From positions 1,501,907 through 1,565,906 of the forward strand of contig CAXXPD010000003.1 in the NCBI GenBank assembly GCA_963666415.2: a DNA stretch of 64,000 nt, in the 5' to 3' direction. The number at the start of each line of letters is the position of its first letter. Position 1 is the stretch's first letter. Positions 48,276 to 58,452 of this stretch are shown here, in pieces. A model generated the notes under the pieces. It had not been told where the DNA came from, searched no databases, and worked only from the letters and a program-made list of their open reading frames with translations. A program made the position numbers and the translations under genes. This stretch comes from Dehalococcoidia bacterium. GTDB lineage: Bacteria; Chloroflexota; Dehalococcoidia; Lucifugimonadales; UBA3495.

Positions 48276-49655
48276 TCAGAGCAGCTGCCGCATGGCTGGA
48301 GGAGGCGCCGGCGCAGCCTTGCGGCCCCGACGAGCTTGACGTCGGGGAGCGACGGGGCCGGGTTCTGGCAACAGTGCATCGTCGTCGGCATGTACATCCG
48401 GTAGGTTCGGTTCGATGTGGCTCACCGCCGGCACTGGTTCCTGGCGACTTTGAGCAATGTGGTCGGCCTGACTCCCGGCAGTCGCTGCCAAGACCCCGCC
48501 AGCGACAGTAATGTCGAGCGGGTCGCCGTCTGCTACCAGCTGAGGGTGGGTGATTATGGTGCCGTCTGCCGACCGGTTGACCACTGCATAACCGCGACGC
48601 AATGTTGCAGCAGGCTCCAACGCGGTGAGTCGGGCGTGCAGCATCGAAACGTCGCGTTTGAGATAGTCGTTGCGCAGCAATACTCGGGTTGCTGCCCTGG
48701 TTTGCAAATCGTCGACCTGTCGTTTCATGAGTCCGACATCCGGGGCGCGCCGCGTGAGACGTTGCCACAACCGTTCCACGCCGTTACGGTGCTTGGTCAC
48801 TACTGAGTTCATGGCGTAGGCAGCCTGCTGTCGTCCGGAGTGAACGTTGGCCATCAATTGCCTGGAGTCGGGCGTAACCAATTCGGCCGCGGCCGATGGA
48901 GTGGGCGCTCGTTGGTCTGCCACGTCGTCAGCGATGGTGTAATCCGTTTCGTGGCCAACGCCGGAGACTACCGGAACTTTGCTCGCAAATATGGCGCGGG
49001 CTACCTCCTCGGAGTTGAAACACCACAGGTCTTCCAGCGACCCGCCGCCACGGGCAACGATAATCACGTCAACCATCGACTCAGTGTTGAGTCTGGTGAT
49101 GGCGGAGGCAATTTGGCCGGCGGCTGCCTCGCCTTGTACAGCGGATGGACACAGTCGCAATCGGGTCAACGGGTAGCGGCGGCGGACCACGTTTTGTATG
49201 TCTTGCCATACGGCTCCGCTTGGAGAAGTTACTACGCCCACCATCCGGGGGAATAGCGGTAGCGGACGTTTTCGAGACGGGTCAAACAACCCTTCCGATT
49301 GCAGCGCCTGGCGCAGACGGGCCAACTCCAGAGCCAGGGCTCCTTCCCCGACTGGCAAGGCCGCGACGACCTGCAGGTTGGCCTCCCCTGACGGCGGATA
49401 GAAAGTGAACGTCCCGCCGGCCAATATTTCTTGACCCTCGTCCAGGTATTCCTGACCGGAACGGCCCCTGAACATCACACAGCGGATGCTGCTGCCATCG
49501 CCGCGCAAGGTGAAATACGAGTGCCCCGACGCTACCGTCCGCAGATTGGCCACCTCGCCCTGCACAGTCAAACTGGACAGCAGTGAATCCGACTCAAGTT
49601 TTTCCTTGAGATACACACCCACCTGGGCGACGGAGTAAACGGTCGGCGAGAGCAT
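48276..49655 (-). CDS. xseA: Exodeoxyribonuclease VII large subunit
   Basis: N-terminal OB fold (VQGEVANL...GHSYFTL), and GVVTSPSGA, ARGGGSLEDLW, SGVGHETD motifs. Confidence 0.93.
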   Translation of the reverse strand: MLSPTVYSVAQVGVYLKEKLESDSLLSSLTVQGEVANLRTVASGHSYFTLRGDGSSIRCVMFRGRSGQEYLDEGQEILAGGTFTFYPPSGEANLQVVAALPVGEGALALELARLRQALQSEGLFDPSRKRPLPLFPRMVGVVTSPSGAVWQDIQNVVRRRYPLTRLRLCPSAVQGEAAAGQIASAITRLNTESMVDVIIVARGGGSLEDLWCFNSEEVARAIFASKVPVVSGVGHETDYTIADDVADQRAPTPSAAAELVTPDSRQLMANVHSGRQQAAYAMNSVVTKHRNGVERLWQRLTRRAPDVGLMKRQVDDLQTRAATRVLLRNDYLKRDVSMLHARLTALEPAATLRRGYAVVNRSADGTIITHPQLVADGDPLDITVAGGVLAATAGSQADHIAQSRQEPVPAVSHIEPNLPDVHADDDALLPEPGPVAPRRQARRGRKAAPAPPPAMRQLL

Positions 49656-49693
49656 CAGCGCCGCAATGTGTGGCAGATCACCGAATCTCTGGT

Positions 49694-50260
49694 CTATGAC
49701 ACGCGTTCGGAATATGAACCGTTACGAGTGTCGACTCGAACCACTGTTCCCGGCGTTATGAACAGGGGCACGGTAATGCGCAAGCCGGTTTCCAGCGTGG
49801 CGGGTTTGTTGCCGCCTTGGGCTGTATCACCCCGAAACGCCGGTGGCGTATCAACAACTTCCAGATCCACGTGGATGGGGAGGTTTACGTTTATGGCTGA
49901 GCCCTTGTAGAACACCACCTCAACCATCATGCTCTCTTTGAGATAACCCAAAGAACTACCCAATTGTGCCTCGGTCAATTCGTGTTGATCGAAGGTTTCC
50001 TGATCCATAAAGAAATAGTGCGAACCGTCGGTATACAGGTATTGCGTGTCCCGAGCATCGATTTCGGCCAGGCTGAATGCGGTATCATAGCGCTGGAAGG
50101 TCCGCTCTATCACTGCCCCGCTGATGAGGTTGCGCATTTTGATGCGGGTAACGGGTGCGCGTTGCTGCATCTTATGGCGCTCGTAATCCATCACCTGCCA
50201 GGGTTGGTTTTCCAGTTCGATCACCATGCCCTTGTTGAGGTCGCTAAAGTTGAGGCTCAT
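49694..50260 (-). CDS. efp: Elongation factor P
   Basis: 188 aa with GGNKPATLETG and VPLFI motifs. Confidence 0.93.
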   Translation of the reverse strand: MSLNFSDLNKGMVIELENQPWQVMDYERHKMQQRAPVTRIKMRNLISGAVIERTFQRYDTAFSLAEIDARDTQYLYTDGSHYFFMDQETFDQHELTEAQLGSSLGYLKESMMVEVVFYKGSAINVNLPIHVDLEVVDTPPAFRGDTAQGGNKPATLETGLRITVPLFITPGTVVRVDTRNGSYSERVS

Positions 50261-50351
50261 GTCGGTGCTCCCATAGGCGGATTACCCGGACGCCGGTAAT
50301 CAGGCATGACACGCGCGAAAATAGTGGGTGCGTGAAAGTTCGCCCAGGACG

Positions 50352-50798
50352 TTATGACGCTTCGTCGGCGATGATTCCAGCCAAGGCTTCCACAGCAGCA
50401 GTATAGCCTCTCCACCCTAGACCGGCAATCTGGCCTCGCACGGTGTCTGCCAGAACGGAGCGCCGCCGCCATTCTTCGCGGGCGTGAATATTGCTGAGAT
50501 GCACCTCGATCACGGGCACGCCAGCATCAGTCAAAGAATCTTTTAGCGACAAACCGTAGTGAGTTAAGGCGCCAGCATTCACCACGACGCCGTCAATGTC
50601 CCCGCGTTGCGCTTGCAAACAATCGATGAGCTCGCCCTCGTGGTTGGACTGGAAACACTCCACATCGACCCCGTGTGCCCCGGCGGCTTCAGCGATTCGC
50701 TGATCGATGTCTGCCAGGGTCAGGGTGCCGTAGTGCCCGGGGTCCCGTTGGCCCAGCATGTTCAGGTTGGGACCGTGCAATACCAGAATCTTGGTCAC
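50352..50798 (-). CDS. aroQ: Type II 3-dehydroquinate dehydratase
   Basis: ILVLHGPNLNMLG, NAGALTHY and EVHLSNIHARE. Confidence 0.94.
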   Translation of the reverse strand: MTKILVLHGPNLNMLGQRDPGHYGTLTLADIDQRIAEAAGAHGVDVECFQSNHEGELIDCLQAQRGDIDGVVVNAGALTHYGLSLKDSLTDAGVPVIEVHLSNIHAREEWRRRSVLADTVRGQIAGLGWRGYTAAVEALAGIIADEAS

Positions 50799-50864
50799 AT
50801 TGACGCTCTCAGTATCGACGATCTTGGTGGATGTTCTTGGTGAAGGAACAACCGGTTCGTTGGA

Positions 50865-51920
50865 TCAGATCGGATCCGTAGCCTGCGAGTCAGCAACTGC
50901 CACGCCGTCTGACGCTACGTCTGCACCGCCAGAACCTTCGGACAGGGGGTGAAAGTTCAGGTACGCACGCCGCGCCTCCTGCTTCGTGATATGGGTATAG
51001 ATTTGCGTGGTAGACACATTGCTGTGTCCAAGCAGCTCCTGAATCACCCGCAGGTCTGCATCCCCTTCCAGCATATGGCTGGCGAAGCTGTGGCGTAGCG
51101 TATGTGTATGGATGCCAGCTTTGAGTCCGGCGCGGGCGGCGTATCCACGCACTATCTTTTCGATGCTGCGCCGCGACAACCGATTTCCGTAACGATTGAC
51201 GAAGAGCGGATTGGTTCTGGCGCTACTTGCGGTCAGGTGGGGACGGCCATCTTGCAGATAGTTTCTCAGAGCGACCGCAGCCGGCTCGCCGAACAACGTC
51301 CAACGTTCTTTATCGCCCTTGCCGCGCACCAGAATCTCGTGCCGCTCCGGATAAACATCGTCCACGTTCATGCCTTCGATCTCGGCCAGCCGAACGCCAC
51401 ACGCGTACAACACTTCCAGAATGGCCTTATCGCGCAGCCCCAGGGGCGAGCTGTCGTCCGGAGCCGCCAATAACCGCACCGCTTCGTTCTTGCCCAAGAA
51501 CGATGGCAGCGGTTTTTCAACTTTGATGGGGAAAGACCGGGCGGATGGTACCGGGGTTGTGACGAACCAACCCTCCTGAACCAGGAATTTATAAAATGTG
51601 CGCAACGCAGTTAGCTTGCGGACGACGCTAACCCGAGCGTAACCAGCGGGTACATTGCCGTCGGTTCTGCCTGCCGTGGCCAAATGTGCAACGTAACCGC
51701 GCACGAGCTGCCGGTCCATGTCCTGCAACGACAAGCCTTCCTTACGGCAGTAAGCCAGATAGCTCGCCAGGTCGGCCAGATAGATGCGACGCGTGTTGGA
51801 GGATAGCCGCCGTTGACCCGTCAAGTAACGATCGTAACGGGCCAACAATTCCGGCGTGGCTGGGGCACAGTCTCCACACGCCGGGTTTGATTCCGGATCA
51901 ATTGCGGTGCTAGTCGCCAA
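50865..51920 (-). CDS. xerC: Tyrosine recombinase XerC/XerD family
   Basis: HTLRHSFASHML and LGHSNVSTTQIYTH catalytic motifs. Start overlaps the topA stop by 11 nt. Confidence 0.85.
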   Translation of the reverse strand: MATSTAIDPESNPACGDCAPATPELLARYDRYLTGQRRLSSNTRRIYLADLASYLAYCRKEGLSLQDMDRQLVRGYVAHLATAGRTDGNVPAGYARVSVVRKLTALRTFYKFLVQEGWFVTTPVPSARSFPIKVEKPLPSFLGKNEAVRLLAAPDDSSPLGLRDKAILEVLYACGVRLAEIEGMNVDDVYPERHEILVRGKGDKERWTLFGEPAAVALRNYLQDGRPHLTASSARTNPLFVNRYGNRLSRRSIEKIVRGYAARAGLKAGIHTHTLRHSFASHMLEGDADLRVIQELLGHSNVSTTQIYTHITKQEARRAYLNFHPLSEGSGGADVASDGVAVADSQATDPI

Positions 51921-54375
51921 CGGTTACCAACTCCGCCGCATCGGTTGGCGTGTCAGTGCCGTCCGTCGGTGGATCGCCTTTCCACTTGCAAGCGGCGTCT
52001 ACGCAGGCAGCCTGCCCCTTGGCGGCCGCTACCAACATCCCTTCACAAACTGGGCACTTGCTGGTTAGCGGTTGCGTGTTGACCAGGAAATCGCAATCAG
52101 GGTAATTGGCGCAGCCCCAGAATGGCCGACGCGATTTACGAGACCGGCGTTCCACCAGGTCTCCTCCGCATTTTGGACATGGCACGCCGCTCTTTTTTAC
52201 CAGATTGCGGCGGTTTTCACAGGAATTCTCATCCGCGTTGTAGCCGGTGCAGGCCAGGAACCTGCCGTAGCGCCCGACTTTGATCACCATAGGTCGTTCG
52301 CATTTTTCGCAAATTTCGTCGGTTTCTTCCTCGAATGGCCGGTCCGGGTTGTCGCCCATGTCTTTGGTATTCCGGCATTTCGGATATCCGGTACAGGCCA
52401 GGAACCGCCCAAAGCGACCAGTTTTGATTGACATTGGCTCGCCGCATTTCTCGCAGACCTCATCCGTCGCCTCGGCGCTGGCGAAGGTTTCGTTGGCCTT
52501 ATCCACCGCCTGATGAAATGGGTGGTAGAAGTCGCGCAGCACCGGAACCCATTCCCGCTCACCTTGTGCCACGTCGTCCAGGTCTTTCTCCATACGGGCG
52601 GTGAAGTCCAGATTCATCACGTCGGTAAAGTGTTCGGTCAGCAGGTCGGTAACAGTGATACCCGTTCGCGTTGGCGATAACCGGGTTTGTTCCCGCTCCA
52701 CATATCCCCGGTCGATGAGCGTGGCGATAGTTGGCGCATAGGTGCTGGGCCGACCAATCCCCTTCTCTTCCATTGCCCGCACCAACGTGGCTTCCGTGTA
52801 ACGCGGTGGTGGTTGCGTGAAGTGTTGATTGGCAGCCAACTTTTCGTTGGTCAACGCGTCGCCGGCTGATAGTTGAGGCAGCGCGTTTTCCTCATTATCG
52901 CCAGCATCGTCCCGTCCCTCCATGTAGACTGCTCGGAATCCCGCGAAGCGCAGCACCGAACCGGTGGCCCGGAAACGGAACTGTGAGTCCGACGGCGCCT
53001 GGCAACGAGCGTCAATTTGTACGGTGGTGGCTTCCAGAACGGCATCCGACATTTGGCTGGCGACCATCCGTTCCCAAATCAAGGTGTAAAGCCGCAGCTG
53101 TTCCGGGTTCAGATAGGTTGCCATGCTGCGCGGATCGCGTCGGGTGGACGTCGGCCGAATTGCTTCGTGGGCTTCCTGAGCGTTCTTGCTGCGCGTGCGA
53201 TACGCCCGTGGTTTGTCGGGAATGAATTCTTTCCCGTACCGTTCACCGATGAATTCGCGCGCTTCTCGCACGGCGGATTCGGCCACGTTGACGCTGTCGG
53301 TTCTCATGTAGGTGATTAGCCCAACCGAACCTTCCGCCCCAATGTTCAAACCTTCGTATAACTGTTGCGCCACGGCCATCGTGCGCTGGGCGGTGAATCG
53401 CAGCTTGCGGCCTGCGTCCTGCTGCATGGTGCTGGTGATGAATGGGGCCGAAGGACGCTGCCGGCGCGGTTTTTGCTCAACGCTTTCCACGGAATATTCA
53501 GCGCCGGAGAGTTCTGCCTCCAATGCCCGGGCGGCGTCCTCGTTAGCGATGGATATGCGGCGGCGCGCGCCCGTCCTTGAGTGCAACGTGGCCGTAAACG
53601 ATTCCGGGGTATCTGGCAGGTCAAGGGTTTTGTGCAGGTCTGCTTCCAGAGTCCACCATTCCTCGGGTACGAAAACGGCTATCTCCCGCTCCCGGTCAAC
53701 GATCATCCGCAAGGAAACCGACTGAACCCGGCCGGCAGAAAGCCCGCGTTGCACACGACGCCACAACAACGGACTGATTTCATAACCCACCAAGCGGTCC
53801 AGGATCCGGCGCGCCTGCTGCGCGTTGACCAACTGCATATTGATCTCGCGAGGTTGCTCGAAGGCTTCTTCCACGGCCTGTTTGGTGATTTCGTGAAAGA
53901 CCACTCGCTTCGGAACGCGGTCGCCTTCGCCCCAACCGGCAGCGTTCTGGAGATGCCACGAAATGGCCTCCCCCTCACGGTCTGGGTCAGTCGCCAGGAA
54001 GATTTCGGTAGCTTTGAGGGCCGACTTTTTCAAATCGGTAACCAGCGTTTGTTTGTCCCTGAGCGTGACGTACTTGGGGGTGAAGTCGTTGTCCGTATCC
54101 ACGCCCAGCGTCGATTTCGGCAGGTCTCGGACGTGGCCCATCGACGCCGTTACCACGTAGTCTTTGCCCAGGATCTCGCCGACCGTGCGTGCTTTGGCCG
54201 GCGACTCGACGATCACCAGGCGTTTGCCGTCTGCCGATGCTACCGCACTGCGGCGGCGGGCAGCAGTAGTCTGCCCGGCTTTGCCTTTGGAGGCGGTGGA
54301 CTTGGCTTTGACGGTACGGCTCGTGGTTGCGCGAGGCTTGGCGGCGGGTTTTTTGGTCCCGGTCTTGGGCGGCAT
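51910..54375 (-). CDS. topA: DNA topoisomerase I (type IA)
   Basis: LVIVESPAKA TOPRIM, GLITYMRTDS active-site Tyr, and four C-terminal CxxC...C zinc ribbons. Confidence 0.95.
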   Translation of the reverse strand: MPPKTGTKKPAAKPRATTSRTVKAKSTASKGKAGQTTAARRRSAVASADGKRLVIVESPAKARTVGEILGKDYVVTASMGHVRDLPKSTLGVDTDNDFTPKYVTLRDKQTLVTDLKKSALKATEIFLATDPDREGEAISWHLQNAAGWGEGDRVPKRVVFHEITKQAVEEAFEQPREINMQLVNAQQARRILDRLVGYEISPLLWRRVQRGLSAGRVQSVSLRMIVDREREIAVFVPEEWWTLEADLHKTLDLPDTPESFTATLHSRTGARRRISIANEDAARALEAELSGAEYSVESVEQKPRRQRPSAPFITSTMQQDAGRKLRFTAQRTMAVAQQLYEGLNIGAEGSVGLITYMRTDSVNVAESAVREAREFIGERYGKEFIPDKPRAYRTRSKNAQEAHEAIRPTSTRRDPRSMATYLNPEQLRLYTLIWERMVASQMSDAVLEATTVQIDARCQAPSDSQFRFRATGSVLRFAGFRAVYMEGRDDAGDNEENALPQLSAGDALTNEKLAANQHFTQPPPRYTEATLVRAMEEKGIGRPSTYAPTIATLIDRGYVEREQTRLSPTRTGITVTDLLTEHFTDVMNLDFTARMEKDLDDVAQGEREWVPVLRDFYHPFHQAVDKANETFASAEATDEVCEKCGEPMSIKTGRFGRFLACTGYPKCRNTKDMGDNPDRPFEEETDEICEKCERPMVIKVGRYGRFLACTGYNADENSCENRRNLVKKSGVPCPKCGGDLVERRSRKSRRPFWGCANYPDCDFLVNTQPLTSKCPVCEGMLVAAAKGQAACVDAACKWKGDPPTDGTDTPTDAAELVTVGD

Positions 54376-54406
54376 CAGTTTAGATTGTCTCCGGATAAGT
54401 GCGATC

Positions 54407-55624
54407 TTAGTGCGATAACAGGTAGTGCATACTGCCGACTTGTTCCACTAGACCCTTCAACTCTAGCATAGTGAGCAGGCCGCTAACCTGGTTAATTGGC
54501 TGTCCGCTCAGGCGGGCCAGGTCGTCGATGTGGGTCGGTTCGGTGGACAGATGATTCAACAATTCTGCTTCGTCGGGGTCCGCGGGCTCAGCCATCTCTG
54601 AATCGCACCACATCTGGTTAGTGTTGCGTGCTTTGCCTTTCACTCCGTGCTCTGGCTTTGCGTCCAATGAATGGTCTGGGTTGGCGGCGGCATTCTGGCT
54701 ATCGCTATTCATTTCAAGCTGCATTTGCTTGGGGTCATCATCCAACCCTATTTCCACCAATATATCACTAACTTCGGTTACCAGCTTGGCGCCATCTCGG
54801 ATCAACCGATTGGTGAGCTTGCTGGAGGCCGAATAAACACTGCCCGGCACGCAAAATATTTCCCGATTCTGTTCCAGAGCGTGGTATACAGTCCAACGAG
54901 TGCCGCTGGTTTCGCTGGCTTCAGTAACCAGTGTTCCCAGTGTCATCCCGCTGATGATGCGGTTGCGACGGGGAAAGTGGGATGCTTCTGGCCGAACGCC
55001 GAGAACAAACTCGCTGACCAGGGCGCCACCCTCGGCGAGGATACGCTGAGCAAGCCGACTATTTTCGCTGGGATACACGATATCCAGACCGTTGCCCAAC
55101 ACCGCTACGGTGCGACCGCCGGCGTCCAACACGGAGGTATGCGCTCGGGCGTCGATGCCCAGGGCGAGGCCGCTCACCACCGTTACGTTTCTGGCAGCAA
55201 GCGCCGCGCAAAGATCGGCAGTGATGCGGCGCCCGTACTCGGTCGGTCGCCTGGTGCCCACCACCGCAATCGAGGTGTCATCTTCCGGCAACAACGTGCC
55301 CTTGACGTACAGCACGGGCGGAGCGTCTGCGGTTTCCGCGAGGCGCATCGGGTACGCAGCATCACGCCACGTCAACGCGACGACCCCACATTTCGCCAGC
55401 CTTTCGAGTTCCTGGTCGGGTTCTATAGCGTCGCGAGTCGCAACCACATTCTGAGCAACAGCTCCACCGATGCCGGCGGCTCGCAGTTCACGGGTGGATG
55501 CGGTCCACGCTTTGGCCAAGTCGCCCTCGAAGTACGTTTCCAGCAGCCGAAATCTCGCCGCACCCAGGCGCGGCACCTGACTCAGCGCAACCCAACAACC
55601 CAAATCACCAGTAGACGTTATCAC
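54407..55624 (-). CDS. dprA: DNA-processing protein DprA
   Basis: AVVGTRRPT, GLALGIDA and FPRRNRIISG motifs. Confidence 0.92.
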   Translation of the reverse strand: MITSTGDLGCWVALSQVPRLGAARFRLLETYFEGDLAKAWTASTRELRAAGIGGAVAQNVVATRDAIEPDQELERLAKCGVVALTWRDAAYPMRLAETADAPPVLYVKGTLLPEDDTSIAVVGTRRPTEYGRRITADLCAALAARNVTVVSGLALGIDARAHTSVLDAGGRTVAVLGNGLDIVYPSENSRLAQRILAEGGALVSEFVLGVRPEASHFPRRNRIISGMTLGTLVTEASETSGTRWTVYHALEQNREIFCVPGSVYSASSKLTNRLIRDGAKLVTEVSDILVEIGLDDDPKQMQLEMNSDSQNAAANPDHSLDAKPEHGVKGKARNTNQMWCDSEMAEPADPDEAELLNHLSTEPTHIDDLARLSGQPINQVSGLLTMLELKGLVEQVGSMHYLLSH

Positions 55625-55783
55625 GGCGCCGATTCTATCATAGGGTCAAAATAGACCACAATGATGAAATGTCACCAGGAACGGAGATTCAGAGCTTGGA
55701 CCAACGCCGATTCCTTGCCCGGCGCAGACGAGTCAGATAGTATTAAACTCGCCAATCGAGGTACTCAATCTACGGAGGTTCTG

Positions 55784-57328
55784 ATGCGATACGACTATAT
55801 CGTGGTGGGCGCCGGGTCGGCTGGCGGCACCATTGCCACTCGACTCTCTGAGGATTCGGACAAGACAGTGTTGCTGCTTGAAGCCGGCCCCGACTATCCC
55901 GATTTCGACCATTTGCCTGACGACCTGAAGCTGGGCAATAACGTGTTTTTCTCGGCCTACGGCCCGCACAGTTGGGCATACAGCGCCAGGGTAACCGCCC
56001 AGCAAACCGACCTGGTTATCCCGCGCGGGAAAGCCACCGGAGGTTCCTCTGCAATTAACGGTCAGGTGCTGTACCGGGGCATACCGGAAGACTACGACCG
56101 CTGGGCCGAGTGGGGCAACGACGAATGGGGCTACACCAGCGTCTTGCCGTTCTTCCGCCGCATGGAAAACGACCACGATTTCCAGGACGACTGGCACGGC
56201 ACCGATGGCCCGATTCCGGTGCGCCGTTACCGGCCCGACGAGTGGCTGCCGCATTCCTCAGCGTTCAAAGCGGCTTGCGTCGCGCTGGGGTTCAACGATG
56301 ATCCAGATCAAAACCACCCTGAATCAACCGGAGTATCGCCTCGGGCACGCAACACGCTGGACGGAGTGCGGATCAGCACGGCGTTGGCTTACCTCAACCT
56401 GGCTCGCCACCGGCTCAACTTGACCATCCGGGCCAACGTGCAGGCTTGCCGGGTCGTGTTCGACGGCAACCGCGCCATTGGAGTGGAGGTGGAAAGCAGC
56501 GGTGAACGCTTCACCGTTGAAGGCAACGAAATCATCGTCAGCAGCGGAGCGATCGCATCACCACAACTGTTGTTGCTCTCCGGCGTCGGCCCCGCAGACC
56601 ATCTGCGCGAGGTGGGAATCCCGGTGGTTCACGATCTGCCCGGCGTGGGGCAGAACCTGCGCGACCATCCCTCCGCGTGCGTGCTGTTCCGTGCTGCGGG
56701 CGATCGCCCCGACGTGCAGGCCGCCGCCATCCAGGTGGGACTGCGCTACACCGTGGAGGATTCATACCTGCGTAATGATATGCAGATTTCTCCACTGCTG
56801 ATGACGTCCGAGCACCGGCCGGCGCAGGTAGTCATTGATGACGACGAAAACTACATTGGCATTAGCGCCAGCCTGCAACTCGCGCTGGGCAAGGGTGAAC
56901 TGCGGCTGAAGTCCAACGACCCTCTGGAATACCCTTACCTCGACTACAACTACTATGAGGAGCCATTTGACCTGGAGCGCATGCGCAAAGGCATTCGAAC
57001 ATGTATCGAAATCGGCGAACACGAGAACTACCGGCGCCTCCTGCTGGAGCGAGTCAATCCAGTGGACTCCGAACTGGTTTCAGATGCGGCTCTGGACGAT
57101 TGGTTGATGCGAAATTCCGGGACATCTCATCATGTCTCCGGAACGTGCAAAATGGGACCAGCCAGCGACGGGATGGCTGTGGTGAACCAGCAAGGCAAAA
57201 TCCATGGCCTGGAAAATATCCGGGTCGCCGACGCGTCGGTAATGCCGGATTGCATCCGCGCCAACACCAACGCCACCACCATCATGATTGGTGAAAAAAT
57301 TGCCGATTACATCCGTAGCGGCAAATAG
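55784..57328 (+). CDS. GMC family FAD-dependent oxidoreductase
   Basis: YDYIVVGAGSAGG at the N-terminus (ATG 55784 with a GGAGG RBS; the ORF track starts at 55661). HHVSGTCKMG near the C-terminus. Confidence 0.9.
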   Translation: MRYDYIVVGAGSAGGTIATRLSEDSDKTVLLLEAGPDYPDFDHLPDDLKLGNNVFFSAYGPHSWAYSARVTAQQTDLVIPRGKATGGSSAINGQVLYRGIPEDYDRWAEWGNDEWGYTSVLPFFRRMENDHDFQDDWHGTDGPIPVRRYRPDEWLPHSSAFKAACVALGFNDDPDQNHPESTGVSPRARNTLDGVRISTALAYLNLARHRLNLTIRANVQACRVVFDGNRAIGVEVESSGERFTVEGNEIIVSSGAIASPQLLLLSGVGPADHLREVGIPVVHDLPGVGQNLRDHPSACVLFRAAGDRPDVQAAAIQVGLRYTVEDSYLRNDMQISPLLMTSEHRPAQVVIDDDENYIGISASLQLALGKGELRLKSNDPLEYPYLDYNYYEEPFDLERMRKGIRTCIEIGEHENYRRLLLERVNPVDSELVSDAALDDWLMRNSGTSHHVSGTCKMGPASDGMAVVNQQGKIHGLENIRVADASVMPDCIRANTNATTIMIGEKIADYIRSGK

Positions 57329-57348
57329 CCAAGTCGCCCGGGCAAATA

Positions 57349-57393
57349 GAAACCCGCCGCCGGCTATGTAGGGCCAGCGGCGGGTTTCTTTTT
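57349..57393. terminator. Bidirectional intrinsic terminator
   Basis: GAAACCCGCCGC (57349-57360) pairs with GCGGCGGGTTTC (57377-57388), followed by T5. Confidence 0.75.
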
Positions 57394-57414
57394 AATTTGC
57401 CTTAAACGGTTGCG

Positions 57415-58332
57415 TCAAATGATTCGAGGCACCGCCACCCCCGGAATGTTCACGCGCACCCGACACAGTTCCTCGAATGTCGTAATGTACAGTGTGCGCC
57501 AGTCGCCTCCACCGAAGCCGACGTTGGTCGCTCGCTTGCCACTGCCCAACGCGATCGTGCCCAGGTGGCGCCCATCCGGTGCGATAATCCAGACGCCGCC
57601 CGGGCCGGTGCTGTATATGGTGCCTTCGAGGTCGCATTTCATCCCGTCTGGAACGCCTGGCCTTTCGTCGGCCAGTACGCAAAGCAACCGGGGATTCTCT
57701 ATGCCGCCATCCGGGCGAACGTCCCACGACTTGATGAGTCCGACACGCGAATCGTTGATGTACAGGTTGCTTTCGCCGGGTGAAAAGCACAGGCCATTGG
57801 GACCAACGTAGTCGTCCACTAGCAGCGTAATGTCAGCGAGGTCGGGCGACACTCGATAAACTCCAGCATATCCCAACTGCATGTCGGGGTAGGTGTCTCG
57901 GTATGGATCGGTAAAGTAGATGGCGCCGTCGGATTTCACAACCAGATCGTTGGGGCGGTTCAGGCGTTTACTCTGGTAGTCGTCCGCCACCACGGTAATG
58001 CTGCCGTCGGCTTCCTGTCGCGTAACCCGACGGGCATCGTGCTCACACGCCAGCAGTCGGCCTTGCGGATCGCGAGTCAGTCCGTTGGCCTCATTGGTGC
58101 CGGTTTGGAACAGCGACAGACCGTCTGCATCGTTATAGCGCATCCGCCGATTCTGGCCGATGTCGCTGAACAACAGGTAGCCACCTTCCTGGAACCAGAC
58201 CGGGCCTTCCGCCGGCCACCAGGGTAGCCCCATCGCGGTGCCGTCTCCGCCGAAGCCGCTGGCCAGCCATTCCACCTCTTGATCCAGGTCGATAATGCGT
58301 TCCAGACCCGGAGACACTTGCTCAATTGGCAT
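57415..58332 (-). CDS. SMP-30/gluconolactonase/LRE family protein
   Basis: Six-bladed propeller pattern (EGPVW, RPNDLVV, PNGLCFSP, PDGMKCD). Confidence 0.8.
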   Translation of the reverse strand: MPIEQVSPGLERIIDLDQEVEWLASGFGGDGTAMGLPWWPAEGPVWFQEGGYLLFSDIGQNRRMRYNDADGLSLFQTGTNEANGLTRDPQGRLLACEHDARRVTRQEADGSITVVADDYQSKRLNRPNDLVVKSDGAIYFTDPYRDTYPDMQLGYAGVYRVSPDLADITLLVDDYVGPNGLCFSPGESNLYINDSRVGLIKSWDVRPDGGIENPRLLCVLADERPGVPDGMKCDLEGTIYSTGPGGVWIIAPDGRHLGTIALGSGKRATNVGFGGGDWRTLYITTFEELCRVRVNIPGVAVPRII

Positions 58333-58452
58333 CAGGTTTGCCTCCCTGCCGGCTTACGTCAACGCCCATGAATTTGCACCGATCATAGCATGTGGCTCCA
58401 CACACCACTGGGAAGGCAACCGTGGAGGAGTACGGCTCCAGTGTTGAGCTGA

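Noticed and set aside
48259-48768. N-terminal 170 aa of ORF 47908-48768, overlapping xseA in another frame.
   Set aside because: This part is Arg/Ser/Pro-rich with no motif. Only the last 116 codons (from ATG 48258, just after the xseA stop) match XseB.
55661-55783. N-terminal extensions in the ORF track for the GMC oxidoreductase (55661), tig (42647), DUF1445 (18148), the Mo-domain protein (61856), the CopD-like protein (61299), uvrB (23088) and the SDR (61148).
   Set aside because: In each case an internal ATG or GTG with a proper Shine-Dalgarno sequence coincides with the canonical family N-terminus. The upstream segment is non-conserved-looking.
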